From Deltaproteobacteria bacterium (GTDB lineage: Bacteria > Desulfobacterota > DSM-4660 > Desulfatiglandales > HGW-15), in assembly GCA_016930835.1 (NCBI GenBank), contig JAFGGA010000204.1, positions 10,783-74,782 of the forward strand: a stretch of 64,000 bases of DNA, in the 5' to 3' direction. Positions 37,928-47,431 of the stretch are shown here, in pieces. Each line of letters opens with the position of its first letter. The stretch's first letter is position 1. The position numbers and the translations under genes were made by a program. Below the pieces are notes generated by a model that worked only from the letters and a program-made list of their open reading frames with translations, searched no databases and was not told where the DNA came from.

Positions 37928-40900
37928 ATGATCATTCGCATAGACGATTACCCGCACGGTGATCTCATGAATTACAATCGCTTGCTTGCCGATCCGAATT
38001 ATGATCACCGAGAACATGTGTACCATTTTTTGCAGGCCTTTGAAAAAACGGGCGTACCCTATGTCTTAGGTGTATCACCCGGATTGATTGATCTTGAATC
38101 GGATCTCTTCTTTCTTCAAACACTACGCCATTGCGAAGTGGCCATGCATGGATTCAGTCACGGCTGGTCTGAATTTGCCGATACATGGCACAAGATCACG
38201 GAGACATGGCCGAAGGGGGGAGAATTCGCCTTTGATTCAAAGGAGACGATTCGGGACAAGATAAAACGTGGTTTGGATATATTGGGCGAATTTAGGATCC
38301 AAAAATTCATACCTCCTTTCAACGCCTATACCCAAGACCTCCTGGATATTTTAAACGAATTGGGATTTAAGATGATCATGGGCGGGCGTCAGACCATTCA
38401 ATTCCACATGGATAAATTGGACCATGGTGACCTCATCCTGGATATCTGCGTCCCCCCCCTGTGTAACGACAGCGATAAGATCCTCCCCCACCTTGAACCG
38501 GCTATCCGGGGCCGAAAGACCATCCTCCTGCATTGGATATACGAGCCTCCAGCAAATGTCACTCACTGGACTCGCATTGCTGAAACGGTAAAACAACATA
38601 AAAACCATGAATTATCCTTTCTAGAAGAGCGAAACCATCAATATCAAGATGGTGTTAGATTAAACAATGGCTTCAACCCGGGCAGCAAGAACCTTGACTT
38701 AGGAAAAACCGTGTCGGTCCATCCAGTCTCCCCCACGAAGGCCGGGCTCCAGACGACTTTAGAAAACCAGGATTCCGGCATTCACCGGAATGACGCCATT
38801 CAGGTCACGTCCCTTGATCCCGGACCCGCATCGACATCCTTACACGCCTTCCACCCATATCAGGGAAGCAGGGATTCTCTCCGATCTCTTCCCATCGCTA
38901 TGGTTACCGAGACCATGAATTATATTTCCGGTGGCGTACGGTGCATCGCGGAAGTCCTGAACGGTCTCGTATCCAGGGGTTATCAAGCCCAATGCCATGT
39001 CACCCTGCCCGACCTGGGTTGTAGCTGGCTTGAAACCCGATTTCCGATTTTGCCGGCAAGGGCACTAGACCAGTTCCACGGCATCCTCATAAGCCCCTAT
39101 TCTCCCACTTCGGAGATGGTGGCCCGTTCGAAGGCCAAGGGGAAATTCTACTGGGTCCATTCATACGAACCCAAGTTCCCGGAGATCACCGGACGTCCGG
39201 ATTCATGGCGGACCATGTCGGAGAATTCATATCGATTGGAGGAATTGCAGTACATAGCCACTTCATCCTATGTGAGGATGATTTTGGAATTGATATACAA
39301 GCGTAAACCACTTTCGCCATTGGTCCCGGGCGGCGTGGACACATCCTTGTTCAGACCTGGACCTAAGGGCAATCATCCGCTTAGGGTCATGTTCCTCAGT
39401 AGGGAAAATACATTTCGCGGCACCTCGGATATTATTGAAGGGCTGCGCATGGCGCATGATCAAGGTTATACATTTGATCTCCGGATTATGGGTCAGGCAC
39501 TGGATATAAAAGGCCTGCCGCACACATTGATACCGGCCCTGCCCCAGAAAGAATTCGCCGCATTATTGGGAACCGCTGACATCTTCATCCATGCGAGTCA
39601 TTTTGAGGGCCTCCCCTTACCGCCCCTGGAGGCAATGGCCTCGCGATGTGCTGTCATCTCGACCTATATCGGAGCCAGTGATTATCTGCTCCACCAGTAT
39701 AACGCGCTTGTCGTACCGCCCAAAAGACCCGATAAGATAGCTCAAGCCCTTATCAAACTGGCCATTGATCCCAATCTTCGGGAACGATTGGGGAACAACG
39801 GCTACGATACGGTGCTGAACGGGTATACATGGGATCATACGATCGATCATTTGGAGGAGGCCTTGGAGGAAGGAATGAATCGTCTCGGGTATCCATCGAA
39901 TGTAAAAGGGTCAGACAACCACCAACGTCTTATCCATCCACCTGTTCAAACGGGACAAGAGATGAATGAAAAATCTACACGGTCCGTATCCAAAGGCCCT
40001 GACGATATGCCGCCGCTGGTTTCCGCGATTGTGTCCACCTATAACTCCGAAAAATACATCAAGGGATGTCTAGAAGATCTGGAGGCCCAGACCATTGCGA
40101 GAAGGTTGGAGATCATTGTGGTGGACAGCGCTTCACAACAAAACGAGCGGGCCATTGTAAAAGAATTTCAGCGGAAATATGACAATATTGTGTATATACG
40201 AACCGACAAGCGCGAATCGGTCTATGAGGCATGGAATCGCGGGATTAAAGCATCGAGGGGCATTTACATCACCAATGCCAACACGGACGACCGCCACCGA
40301 AAAGATGCCTTTGAACGTATGGCGGATGTCTTGGACACCAGGACGGACATCGCCCTGGTGTATGCGGATGTGATCATCACCAAACATGAAAACGAGACAT
40401 TTGAAAGGTGTACACCATTCGACGTTTATTATTGGTTGGATTGGGATAGACGATTCTTGTTGGAGAAGGGATCTTTTATCGGGCCCCAACCCATGTGGCG
40501 CAGAACACTCCATGATGAATATGGTTATTTTGATGGCTCCCTTAAGACCTCCGGCGATTATGAATTCTGGCTGCGAATCTCTCAAACCAATGATTTCCTT
40601 CGTATCCCGATCCTTTTAGGTCTCTATTTGGAATCACCGGATAGCATCGAACACCGGCATAAGGCTGAGAAGGAAGGGGAAAACATTATGATCCTGGAAA
40701 TGTATCAAAAAGCCGACAAGGCCGGCGATATTATCAGGCGCGCGTATTCGGACGATGTCAACCATCTCATGGATGTCCATAACGCCAAGGCCGAGGAATT
40801 ATATAGTAAAGGGAATGTCATCGCGGCCAGGATCATCTTTAAACAAATCCTGAATAAAAACCCCGCTCTCGCAGCACCTATGAACAATCTGGGAGTGATG

Positions 40901-41257
40901 GCCTTTCAGGAAAATTCACTGGATGAAGCCATATCTTGGTTTGAACGTGCCCTCCAGATCGATCCGAATTACTTTGAGGCCGTGGAAAACATGAGTAAAT
41001 GCTTGGAAGAGAGAGGTGATTTCAAGAGTGCCACGGAATGGTACAGGCGTGCGCTGGTGTTGAGACCTGATGAGATATACATATTAAATGCACTCGGGAA
41101 CACCTTAGTGCAGACAGAGAACATACTTGAGGCAAAGGAAGTTTACGAACGATCACTCCAGTTGGATGATCAGCAGGATCATATCCAGGTTATTCTCAGA
41201 GAAATTGCTCAACTGGAGGGATCTTTTAAACAAGGCTGGCAGGCCAATTGCACCTAA
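37928..41257 (+). CDS. Polysaccharide deacetylase-like + GT4 + GT2 + TPR multidomain protein
   Basis: IRIDD, VAMHGFSH, FIPPFN, LLH; SHFEGLPLPPLEAMAS; VSTYNSEKYI, NANTDD, GDYEFWLR; C-terminal TPRs; GGAGG RBS. Confidence 0.88.
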   Translation: MIIRIDDYPHGDLMNYNRLLADPNYDHREHVYHFLQAFEKTGVPYVLGVSPGLIDLESDLFFLQTLRHCEVAMHGFSHGWSEFADTWHKITETWPKGGEFAFDSKETIRDKIKRGLDILGEFRIQKFIPPFNAYTQDLLDILNELGFKMIMGGRQTIQFHMDKLDHGDLILDICVPPLCNDSDKILPHLEPAIRGRKTILLHWIYEPPANVTHWTRIAETVKQHKNHELSFLEERNHQYQDGVRLNNGFNPGSKNLDLGKTVSVHPVSPTKAGLQTTLENQDSGIHRNDAIQVTSLDPGPASTSLHAFHPYQGSRDSLRSLPIAMVTETMNYISGGVRCIAEVLNGLVSRGYQAQCHVTLPDLGCSWLETRFPILPARALDQFHGILISPYSPTSEMVARSKAKGKFYWVHSYEPKFPEITGRPDSWRTMSENSYRLEELQYIATSSYVRMILELIYKRKPLSPLVPGGVDTSLFRPGPKGNHPLRVMFLSRENTFRGTSDIIEGLRMAHDQGYTFDLRIMGQALDIKGLPHTLIPALPQKEFAALLGTADIFIHASHFEGLPLPPLEAMASRCAVISTYIGASDYLLHQYNALVVPPKRPDKIAQALIKLAIDPNLRERLGNNGYDTVLNGYTWDHTIDHLEEALEEGMNRLGYPSNVKGSDNHQRLIHPPVQTGQEMNEKSTRSVSKGPDDMPPLVSAIVSTYNSEKYIKGCLEDLEAQTIARRLEIIVVDSASQQNERAIVKEFQRKYDNIVYIRTDKRESVYEAWNRGIKASRGIYITNANTDDRHRKDAFERMADVLDTRTDIALVYADVIITKHENETFERCTPFDVYYWLDWDRRFLLEKGSFIGPQPMWRRTLHDEYGYFDGSLKTSGDYEFWLRISQTNDFLRIPILLGLYLESPDSIEHRHKAEKEGENIMILEMYQKADKAGDIIRRAYSDDVNHLMDVHNAKAEELYSKGNVIAARIIFKQILNKNPALAAPMNNLGVMAFQENSLDEAISWFERALQIDPNYFEAVENMSKCLEERGDFKSATEWYRRALVLRPDEIYILNALGNTLVQTENILEAKEVYERSLQLDDQQDHIQVILREIAQLEGSFKQGWQANCT

Positions 41258-41323
41258 ATGATAGCAATGACACGGCCCAAGCGGCCCCTTTACCATGGCC
41301 CCGGCCGGAGCACCCTGAAATAT

Positions 41324-41351
41324 TTAAGTTTTGAGCAACATCTTCCGATGA
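41324..41351 (+). promoter_or_regulatory. Sigma28 promoter of fliD
   Basis: TTAAGTTT-N12-TCCGATGA; followed by AACC-AGGAA-GGTT hairpin at 41361-41373 (possible CsrA site). Confidence 0.7.
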
Positions 41352-41412
41352 TTATTAATGAACCAGGAAGGTTTTTCCCTGTTTTTTTAATATCAAATAC
41401 TTAGGAGTTTAT

Positions 41413-44400
41413 ATGGGTTTAAGCACCAATCTCATCAGCGGCCTTTCAAGCGGATTTGACTGGAGGTCCGTCATCGACCAGTTGATCGCCATTGAACACC
41501 GTCGCGTGGACCTCGTGGAGGAGGAGCAGACCCAATACAAAGAAAAACTGGAGATCCTGCAGACCATCAACAGCAAACTCCTGACCCTAAAATCCGAGTC
41601 AACCAAAATGGCTGATTTTGATACGTTTAAGGTCTTTACATCGAGCCTCAGCACCAACTCTTCCAGCTACAGCGCCTCGGACTTCCTCTCCGTCACCACC
41701 AACACGGATGCCACGCCGGGCTCCCATACCATTACCATGAACGCCAATTCAAGCGTCGCCCAGGCCCGACAAATATCTTCCAAGAGCTTTTCCGGGTATG
41801 ATACGGACCTTGACCTCGCTGGAGAATTTATCATCAACGGCAGGGCCGTCGCCGTGGAAGATGGCGATTCCCTGCAAGATATCAAAAACAAGATCAACAA
41901 TCTGAATACCGGAACCGATGCGACGGGCGTCACGGCTTCCATCCTGACGGCGTCTTCAAGCAACTACCGTTTGATATTGACAAGCGATAATACAGGCAAA
42001 GACGCCTTTACGATTTTTGACGCCAGCAGCGACGGCGTGAATATCCTTTCAAGCGGCTTGGGATTTACGGATGGCACCACGTCCATTAAAAATTATATCA
42101 GCAACGGGGTCCAGTCCGAGTCCTTTGCCAGCAGTTCATCCACGGTACAATCCATAATGGGGTTAAATACCGCACAAAACGGATCAGTCACCATCGGATC
42201 GTTTGCCGTCACCATAGACCTTGCGGACTCCCTTACAGATATTGCCGCTGACATCAATACAGCGGCCAATGCGGCCGGTTCCAATGTCAGCGCATCCGTG
42301 GTATCGACCACGGAGGACAATGTAACCACCTATAGGCTGAAAATAGAAAACACCACCAATTTTACGGACGCCAACAATGTGCTCCAGACCTTGGGGATAC
42401 TCGATGGCGACCAGGGTAGTGTTGAAGAAGTGCACGTCAGTGACACGGCCAATACATTGGTGGCGGGTGGTGGTCCTATCGTTGAAGGAACTCGATTTAA
42501 TGAGATTGATACGACCGGCAGCCCCGGGAATAATGTGGGGGTGGGTGATACGATTACCATTATGGGCATCGATCATGATGGAAACACAGTATCGGGGACC
42601 TTTGACCCGGCCGATATGCAAACGGCCACGGTAGGTGACTTGCTTGATGAGATCGAAAGTGTCTTCGGGCTTTCCGCCGGAAGCGCCACCATTGATGCAA
42701 ACGGCAGGATCCAAATTCAAGATGATTCATCGGGCGACAGCCAACTCAGCATTCAACTGATAGCCAATAACGAAGAGGGGGGTACACTCAATCTTGGGAC
42801 CCTCAGTGCCACAAATGAAGGCTATACCATGCAGGTTCGCTCAGGTCAGGACGCGAGTGTCATCATCGACGGCATGGCGATCACCAGTTCATCCAATATT
42901 ATTGATGATGTCATAGCAGGGGTGAGCTTGAACCTCCTGACGGTGGAATCAGGATCCACGGTGAATCTGACCGTTTCAAGGGATTTTGATACCATCAAGG
43001 CATCCGTGCAAAACCTTTTGGATGCCTATAACGACATCATCGCGGATATCAACGAACAATTCGCTTATGATGAAGAGACGGAGACTGCGGGCCTTCTTCA
43101 GGGGGACGGCACGCTCAGTTCCATTAAATTCGATATCACCAATATCGCCATCAGCGCCATCAGTGATATTTCAACCTCCATGAATGCCTTTTCACTTATC
43201 GGAATCAACACCCTCATCGATTATTCCGACCATTCAAATGACGGGAAACTGACGATTGATGACGATGACTTTATGGATGCCCTGCGAAATAATTTTAATG
43301 ATTTTGCGAGGGTTTTTATTGCAGAAGGGTCCACCACTGACGGTGATGTGGAATATATCAGTCACACGAATGATACGGTGGCCGGCGAATATGATATAGA
43401 GATCACAACAGCGGCCTCCCAGGCGACCGTGACGGGCTCCTCAACCCTGACCACCGGTATCGGGGCCGCAAATATCGAAGTCTTATCCATCGTTCAAGGC
43501 GACCGCGTCGGTTCTGTTATTCTGAACGGTGCATCCGGTGAAAACGGCAGTTCTATCGATAATATCGTTAATGCCATCAATTCGGAACTGGACGCCAAAT
43601 ACACACAGACCCTGATGGGCAGTGTTAAAAATACCACCGATGCGAGCCAAACAACCGCTATTACCAGCAGCACCAAGTGGGATAGTGTGTATAGTGGTGG
43701 AACATTGGCAGGATTGGCTAGTGATGAGGTCATCACCTTTACCGGGCACAGGAATAATGGAACGGAAGTCACGGGAAGCTATACCATCTCAGATGTTTCA
43801 TCGGATACGGTTCAAGGTCTCTTGTCCGCAATTGAGGCCTCATTTGACTATGAGGTTACCGCCGCTATCAATTCAAATGGTTATCTCCAAGTCACCAGCA
43901 AGACCACGGGTAACAGTCAATTGGATATCACCGTGACAGGCCCGACCGATAAAAACCTTGACTTTGGAACCGTCACCACATCCAATCTCGTGGGGAGCGT
44001 GAGAAACACCACCGATGGAACCAACGCCATCCTTTCCACAACCACTTGGGATGGTATTCATGGCAGCACGGTCACAACCGGCGATGTGTTTCAGTTCGCG
44101 GGTTATACGAGCAGTGGTAATGACGTATACGGCAGTTTCACGGTTGACCTTGGCAATACATCTTATGATGATGTGGGGGATTTTCTCAGTGAGATTGAAT
44201 CGGCCTTTAATGCGGCCGGCGGTAACGTGACAGCTTCCATATCCGATGGCCGGGTTATGCTGAGTGACGGCGCCACCAATAGCACCGTGGGTATGGATAT
44301 CATCGAGCCCAGCGGTAAAGGGGTGAGTTTTGGAACCTTTAGCGGCGGTACAACCGGCCGTTACGCTGTTGATGTAACAGCGTCAAAAGACGGAAGTGAT

Positions 44401-44925
44401 CAATTGGTCCTTACCCATGATGAATATGGAAGCGGGCAGAGCTTCACCATACAGGTAAGTAATACCAATCTCGGCTTAACCGACAACCAGACCTATAGCG
44501 GCGTCGATGTTGCAGGCACCATCAATGGTGAGGCCGCCACAGGCGCCGGCCAAGTACTGACTGGCAATGCTCCGGCAGAGGGTGAAACCACCAGTATCGA
44601 AGGTCTGGTTATCAAATATACCGGGACTACGACAGGGTCTCAAGGTCAGGTCAAGATCACCATGGGTGTCGCGGAGTTGATGGATCGCACCCTTTTCAAT
44701 ATCACGGATCAATATGAAGGCTACCTGGCCTTCAAACTGGATTCCTATGAAGATAAGATCAGTGATTTTGACACCAAGATTGAAGAGATGGAGGCATTGC
44801 TGGATCAAAAAATGGAATTAATGATCAACAATTTTGTATCCATGGAATTGGCCCTGTCCAAGATCCAGCAAATGAGCAATTGGTTGACCGGTCAGGTTCA
44901 AGCGGCCAATAGCGCTTGGGGATAA
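41413..44925 (+). CDS. fliD: Flagellar filament cap protein, unusually long (1170 aa)
   Basis: ISGLSSGFDWRSVIDQLIAIE N-terminus; GQDA..IDG..SSSNIIDDVIAGVSLNL; C-terminal FVSMELALSKIQQMSNWL. Confidence 0.95.
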   Translation: MGLSTNLISGLSSGFDWRSVIDQLIAIEHRRVDLVEEEQTQYKEKLEILQTINSKLLTLKSESTKMADFDTFKVFTSSLSTNSSSYSASDFLSVTTNTDATPGSHTITMNANSSVAQARQISSKSFSGYDTDLDLAGEFIINGRAVAVEDGDSLQDIKNKINNLNTGTDATGVTASILTASSSNYRLILTSDNTGKDAFTIFDASSDGVNILSSGLGFTDGTTSIKNYISNGVQSESFASSSSTVQSIMGLNTAQNGSVTIGSFAVTIDLADSLTDIAADINTAANAAGSNVSASVVSTTEDNVTTYRLKIENTTNFTDANNVLQTLGILDGDQGSVEEVHVSDTANTLVAGGGPIVEGTRFNEIDTTGSPGNNVGVGDTITIMGIDHDGNTVSGTFDPADMQTATVGDLLDEIESVFGLSAGSATIDANGRIQIQDDSSGDSQLSIQLIANNEEGGTLNLGTLSATNEGYTMQVRSGQDASVIIDGMAITSSSNIIDDVIAGVSLNLLTVESGSTVNLTVSRDFDTIKASVQNLLDAYNDIIADINEQFAYDEETETAGLLQGDGTLSSIKFDITNIAISAISDISTSMNAFSLIGINTLIDYSDHSNDGKLTIDDDDFMDALRNNFNDFARVFIAEGSTTDGDVEYISHTNDTVAGEYDIEITTAASQATVTGSSTLTTGIGAANIEVLSIVQGDRVGSVILNGASGENGSSIDNIVNAINSELDAKYTQTLMGSVKNTTDASQTTAITSSTKWDSVYSGGTLAGLASDEVITFTGHRNNGTEVTGSYTISDVSSDTVQGLLSAIEASFDYEVTAAINSNGYLQVTSKTTGNSQLDITVTGPTDKNLDFGTVTTSNLVGSVRNTTDGTNAILSTTTWDGIHGSTVTTGDVFQFAGYTSSGNDVYGSFTVDLGNTSYDDVGDFLSEIESAFNAAGGNVTASISDGRVMLSDGATNSTVGMDIIEPSGKGVSFGTFSGGTTGRYAVDVTASKDGSDQLVLTHDEYGSGQSFTIQVSNTNLGLTDNQTYSGVDVAGTINGEAATGAGQVLTGNAPAEGETTSIEGLVIKYTGTTTGSQGQVKITMGVAELMDRTLFNITDQYEGYLAFKLDSYEDKISDFDTKIEEMEALLDQKMELMINNFVSMELALSKIQQMSNWLTGQVQAANSAWG

Positions 44926-45042
44926 ATAATCAGAGAGCCTTAAAACCTCATTTAAAATAAATGATGCCAATATAAGCGATTTAGATGACCTCATTCGTAA
45001 GGGTTCTAAATCTATCATTACGAAATTTTCAAGGAGGATCAA

Positions 45043-45483
45043 ATGATTTACGGAAAAAGATTTGCCAATTATGACCGAACAAGCGTGGAAACGGCCGGTA
45101 AGGTGGAACTTATTATTATGTGTTATGATAAAGCCATACAATCTCTTGCTCAATCAAAGGCCCACTATCAAAGTCATGAGTATGAATTGAAGGCCCGTAG
45201 ACTTCAAAAAGCACTGGATATTATCAATGAATTGCAGGGGTGCCTGGACCTGGAGCAGGGAGGACAGATTGCCAGGAATCTAGACGCCATTTACACCTAT
45301 ACGACCCAAAGGTTACTTATTGGAGATATTAAAGGGAATCTAGCCGCATTTGACGAAGTCATACATATATTGGGGGAATTGAAAGACGCATGGCAAGCCA
45401 TCTCTTCGAAAAAGGAGAGCCAGTTCAGTGATATAGCGGTCACCGATTCACCCAGGATCGGCATGGCACAGGTCGCGGCCTGA
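45043..45483 (+). CDS. fliS: Flagellin export chaperone
   Basis: ELIIMCYD, KALDIINELQGCLDLEQGGQIARNLDAIYTY, ELKDAW. Confidence 0.97.
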   Translation: MIYGKRFANYDRTSVETAGKVELIIMCYDKAIQSLAQSKAHYQSHEYELKARRLQKALDIINELQGCLDLEQGGQIARNLDAIYTYTTQRLLIGDIKGNLAAFDEVIHILGELKDAWQAISSKKESQFSDIAVTDSPRIGMAQVAA

Positions 45484-45562
45484 TGACGATCCTCTTTCGC
45501 TTGGAAAGGAAACGATACCATGCTTATCTGAAATACTCACCTGGTGGCTTTAAGACCTTAAA

Positions 45563-45628
45563 GCAATGGAGTGCTGGAGCATTGGAAGAAGCGTATCGTA
45601 TATGCCATTGCCCCAACGCTCCAACCCT
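45563..45628. repeat. Inverted octamer arrays (TGGAGYRY / CCAACRCT)
   Basis: tggagtgc tggagcat tggaagaa ... ccattgcc ccaacgct ccaaccct. Confidence 0.7.
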
Positions 45629-45760
45629 TTCATGATTACGACATCCCGGAGATGCCATGAACGGTTTGCCCTTCATCGTGTGTGCCGTAATCGGAATCAT
45701 CCTCCAAATCACTTATCCGGGAACCCCATATTCCCTGTTCCAATCGTCTGAAAAAATATT

Positions 45761-45788
45761 TCAAGAATAAATTTCTGAATGCCGATGA
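45761..45788 (+). promoter_or_regulatory. Sigma28 promoter upstream of flaG
   Basis: TCAAGAAT-N12-GCCGATGA. Confidence 0.65.
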
Positions 45789-45837
45789 AATAATTAGAGA
45801 AATCGTAACAAGTTGGATCTGTTCAAAGCACAAACCT

Positions 45838-45947
45838 TGGATTCCGCGATCAAGTCGCGGAATGACGGGCAGAAAACAGAAATGACAAGTTACTGTTCTG
45901 TAACCGTGAACCATATTGGTCATTCCGCGACTTGATCGCGGAATCCA
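45838..45947. repeat. Inverted pair of GTCATTCCGCGACTTGATCGCGGAATCCA units
   Basis: 45838-45866 (reverse) and 45919-45947; same family as 28799-28959. Confidence 0.92.
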
Positions 45948-46067
45948 CGAATTTGACCAGAATTTTTCAAAAATTTAAAGTCATACGAGAAATCCTTTTC
46001 CATGCCCAATAAGAAGGCAAAAAATATTTAATGATTGGCATGAAAAGTGAGAAGGAGGATTTGATAA

Positions 46068-46457
46068 ATGCTTGAAACAATAAAATCAGTAACATCGGAA
46101 GCCATAGAGCCATCTGTATCTATTTTAGGATCGAACAGTGTACCCCTGGAAAAAGAGAAAAAGACCGTTTTCAATACCGAAAAGACCTTAATCCGGGAAA
46201 AAGATCATATCGGATCAAAAAAACAGGGGGATTCCGGCGCAAGGATCGAACATATTGCCCAGGCCATGGATAATTATGTCCAGTCCATTCGGCGGGACCT
46301 TAAAATCCAAGTCCATCAAAATACAGGCAAGCTGATTGTAAAAGTAATTTCAGAGAATGATGGCAAGGTCATCAGAGAGATTCCCCCGGAGGAACTTCTG
46401 GACTTGGCCGCCAAGGTAGAGGAGATGATGGGGGTTTTGTTCAATGAAAACGCCTGA
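46068..46457 (+). CDS. flaG: Flagellar protein FlaG
   Basis: LKIQVHQNTGKLIVKVI..DGKVIREIPPEELLDLA..GVLFN; AAGGAGG RBS. Confidence 0.95.
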   Translation: MLETIKSVTSEAIEPSVSILGSNSVPLEKEKKTVFNTEKTLIREKDHIGSKKQGDSGARIEHIAQAMDNYVQSIRRDLKIQVHQNTGKLIVKVISENDGKVIREIPPEELLDLAAKVEEMMGVLFNENA

Positions 46458-46478
46458 AAACAAATCATCTCAAGCATC

Positions 46479-46514
46479 GAACCCCCATTCCCTTGAAAGG
46501 GAGGGGTTGGGTTC
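46479..46514 (+). terminator. Hairpin after flaG (terminator or REP-like)
   Basis: gaacccccattccctt-ga-aagggaggggttgggttc. Confidence 0.5.
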
Positions 46515-46551
46515 ATTAATGTTGATTTGGCGGATTTGGTTGAGAAGTACC

Positions 46552-46620
46552 GTCACCCCTGCAAAGGCCGGGGTCCGGGAAAATTGAAAAACCCTGGATT
46601 CCGGCGATTGTCGGAATGAC
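46552..46620 (-). repeat. Intact REP doublet
   Basis: Minus strand reads GTCATTCCGAC..CCGGAATCCAG-ggtttttcaattttc-CCGGACCCCGGC..GGGGTGAC. Confidence 0.85.
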
Positions 46621-46753
46621 AATCAGGCGGTTCACCCCTTTCTTCAAATGGCATAATTCAACGACATTGAGGGTCAGAGCGAAGGTGGTATGGCCGTAAC
46701 AACAGAAACATTCAATTTAAACGATCTATTCGTATCCAGCAAGGGCGCTATCA

Positions 46754-47431
46754 TTGAAGATTCTTATTGTGGATGATGACAAAAAACTCTTATCCGTCCT
46801 CAAAACCATATTTATTGAAGAGGATCATGAAATCGTTACGTGCAGCGATGGATTAGATGCCATCAAAACATGCCGGAATCAGGTTTTTGATCTGATTATC
46901 ACCGACCTCATGATGCCAGGCGCTAATGGCATGGAAGTCTTGAAAGAGGCCAAAAAGATCCACCCGGAAACCCTTGTTATTTTGATCACCGGCTACGCGT
47001 CCCTTGAGACCGCCGTTCAAGCCATTCGGGACGGCGCATATGACTATCTCACAAAGCCGTTCAAATTGGAAGAGATCAAGATTGTGGTCCGTAACGCGGA
47101 AGAAAAGATACTTTTGATCCGTGAAAACCGAAGGCTGCTCCAGAAACTCCAAGAGGCCTATACGGAGCTCCATATGGTCAAAAAGGTTATGAGCACACAA
47201 TCGGGTGAAGATCATACAAACAGCGACGAAGCAGCCGGAAACGGCGACAACCATGAACCGTTTATAGCCGGCAGTATGCTGCCGTTATATTACACAGAAA
47301 ACCGAAAAGCCCTGGCGTCACCGGCCTTAACGGATCTGGAGCGTATCTCAACATTAAGGGAAAAAGGTCTCATATCGGAAGAGGAGTTCAACCTGTGCAA
47401 AACAAGGCTTTTCAAGAATATCAGTCTTTAG
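46754..47431 (+). CDS. Response regulator (REC) with coiled coil and C-terminal SHOCT-like motif
   Basis: ILIVDDD, TDLMMP, ITGY, KPF; LERISTLREKGLISEEEF. Confidence 0.9.
   Translation: MKILIVDDDKKLLSVLKTIFIEEDHEIVTCSDGLDAIKTCRNQVFDLIITDLMMPGANGMEVLKEAKKIHPETLVILITGYASLETAVQAIRDGAYDYLTKPFKLEEIKIVVRNAEEKILLIRENRRLLQKLQEAYTELHMVKKVMSTQSGEDHTNSDEAAGNGDNHEPFIAGSMLPLYYTENRKALASPALTDLERISTLREKGLISEEEFNLCKTRLFKNISL

Noticed and set aside
38452-38459. C8 tract in the deacetylase gene (also A9 at 19539-19547) as a phase-variation site
   Set aside because: The tracts are short, the frames are intact, and such runs are expected by chance; read-level data would be needed
46036-46051. TGGCATGAAAAGTGA as a sigma54 promoter for flaG
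   Set aside because: The -12 element is GA rather than GC, and the implied start would fall after the SD; a better sigma28 site exists upstream
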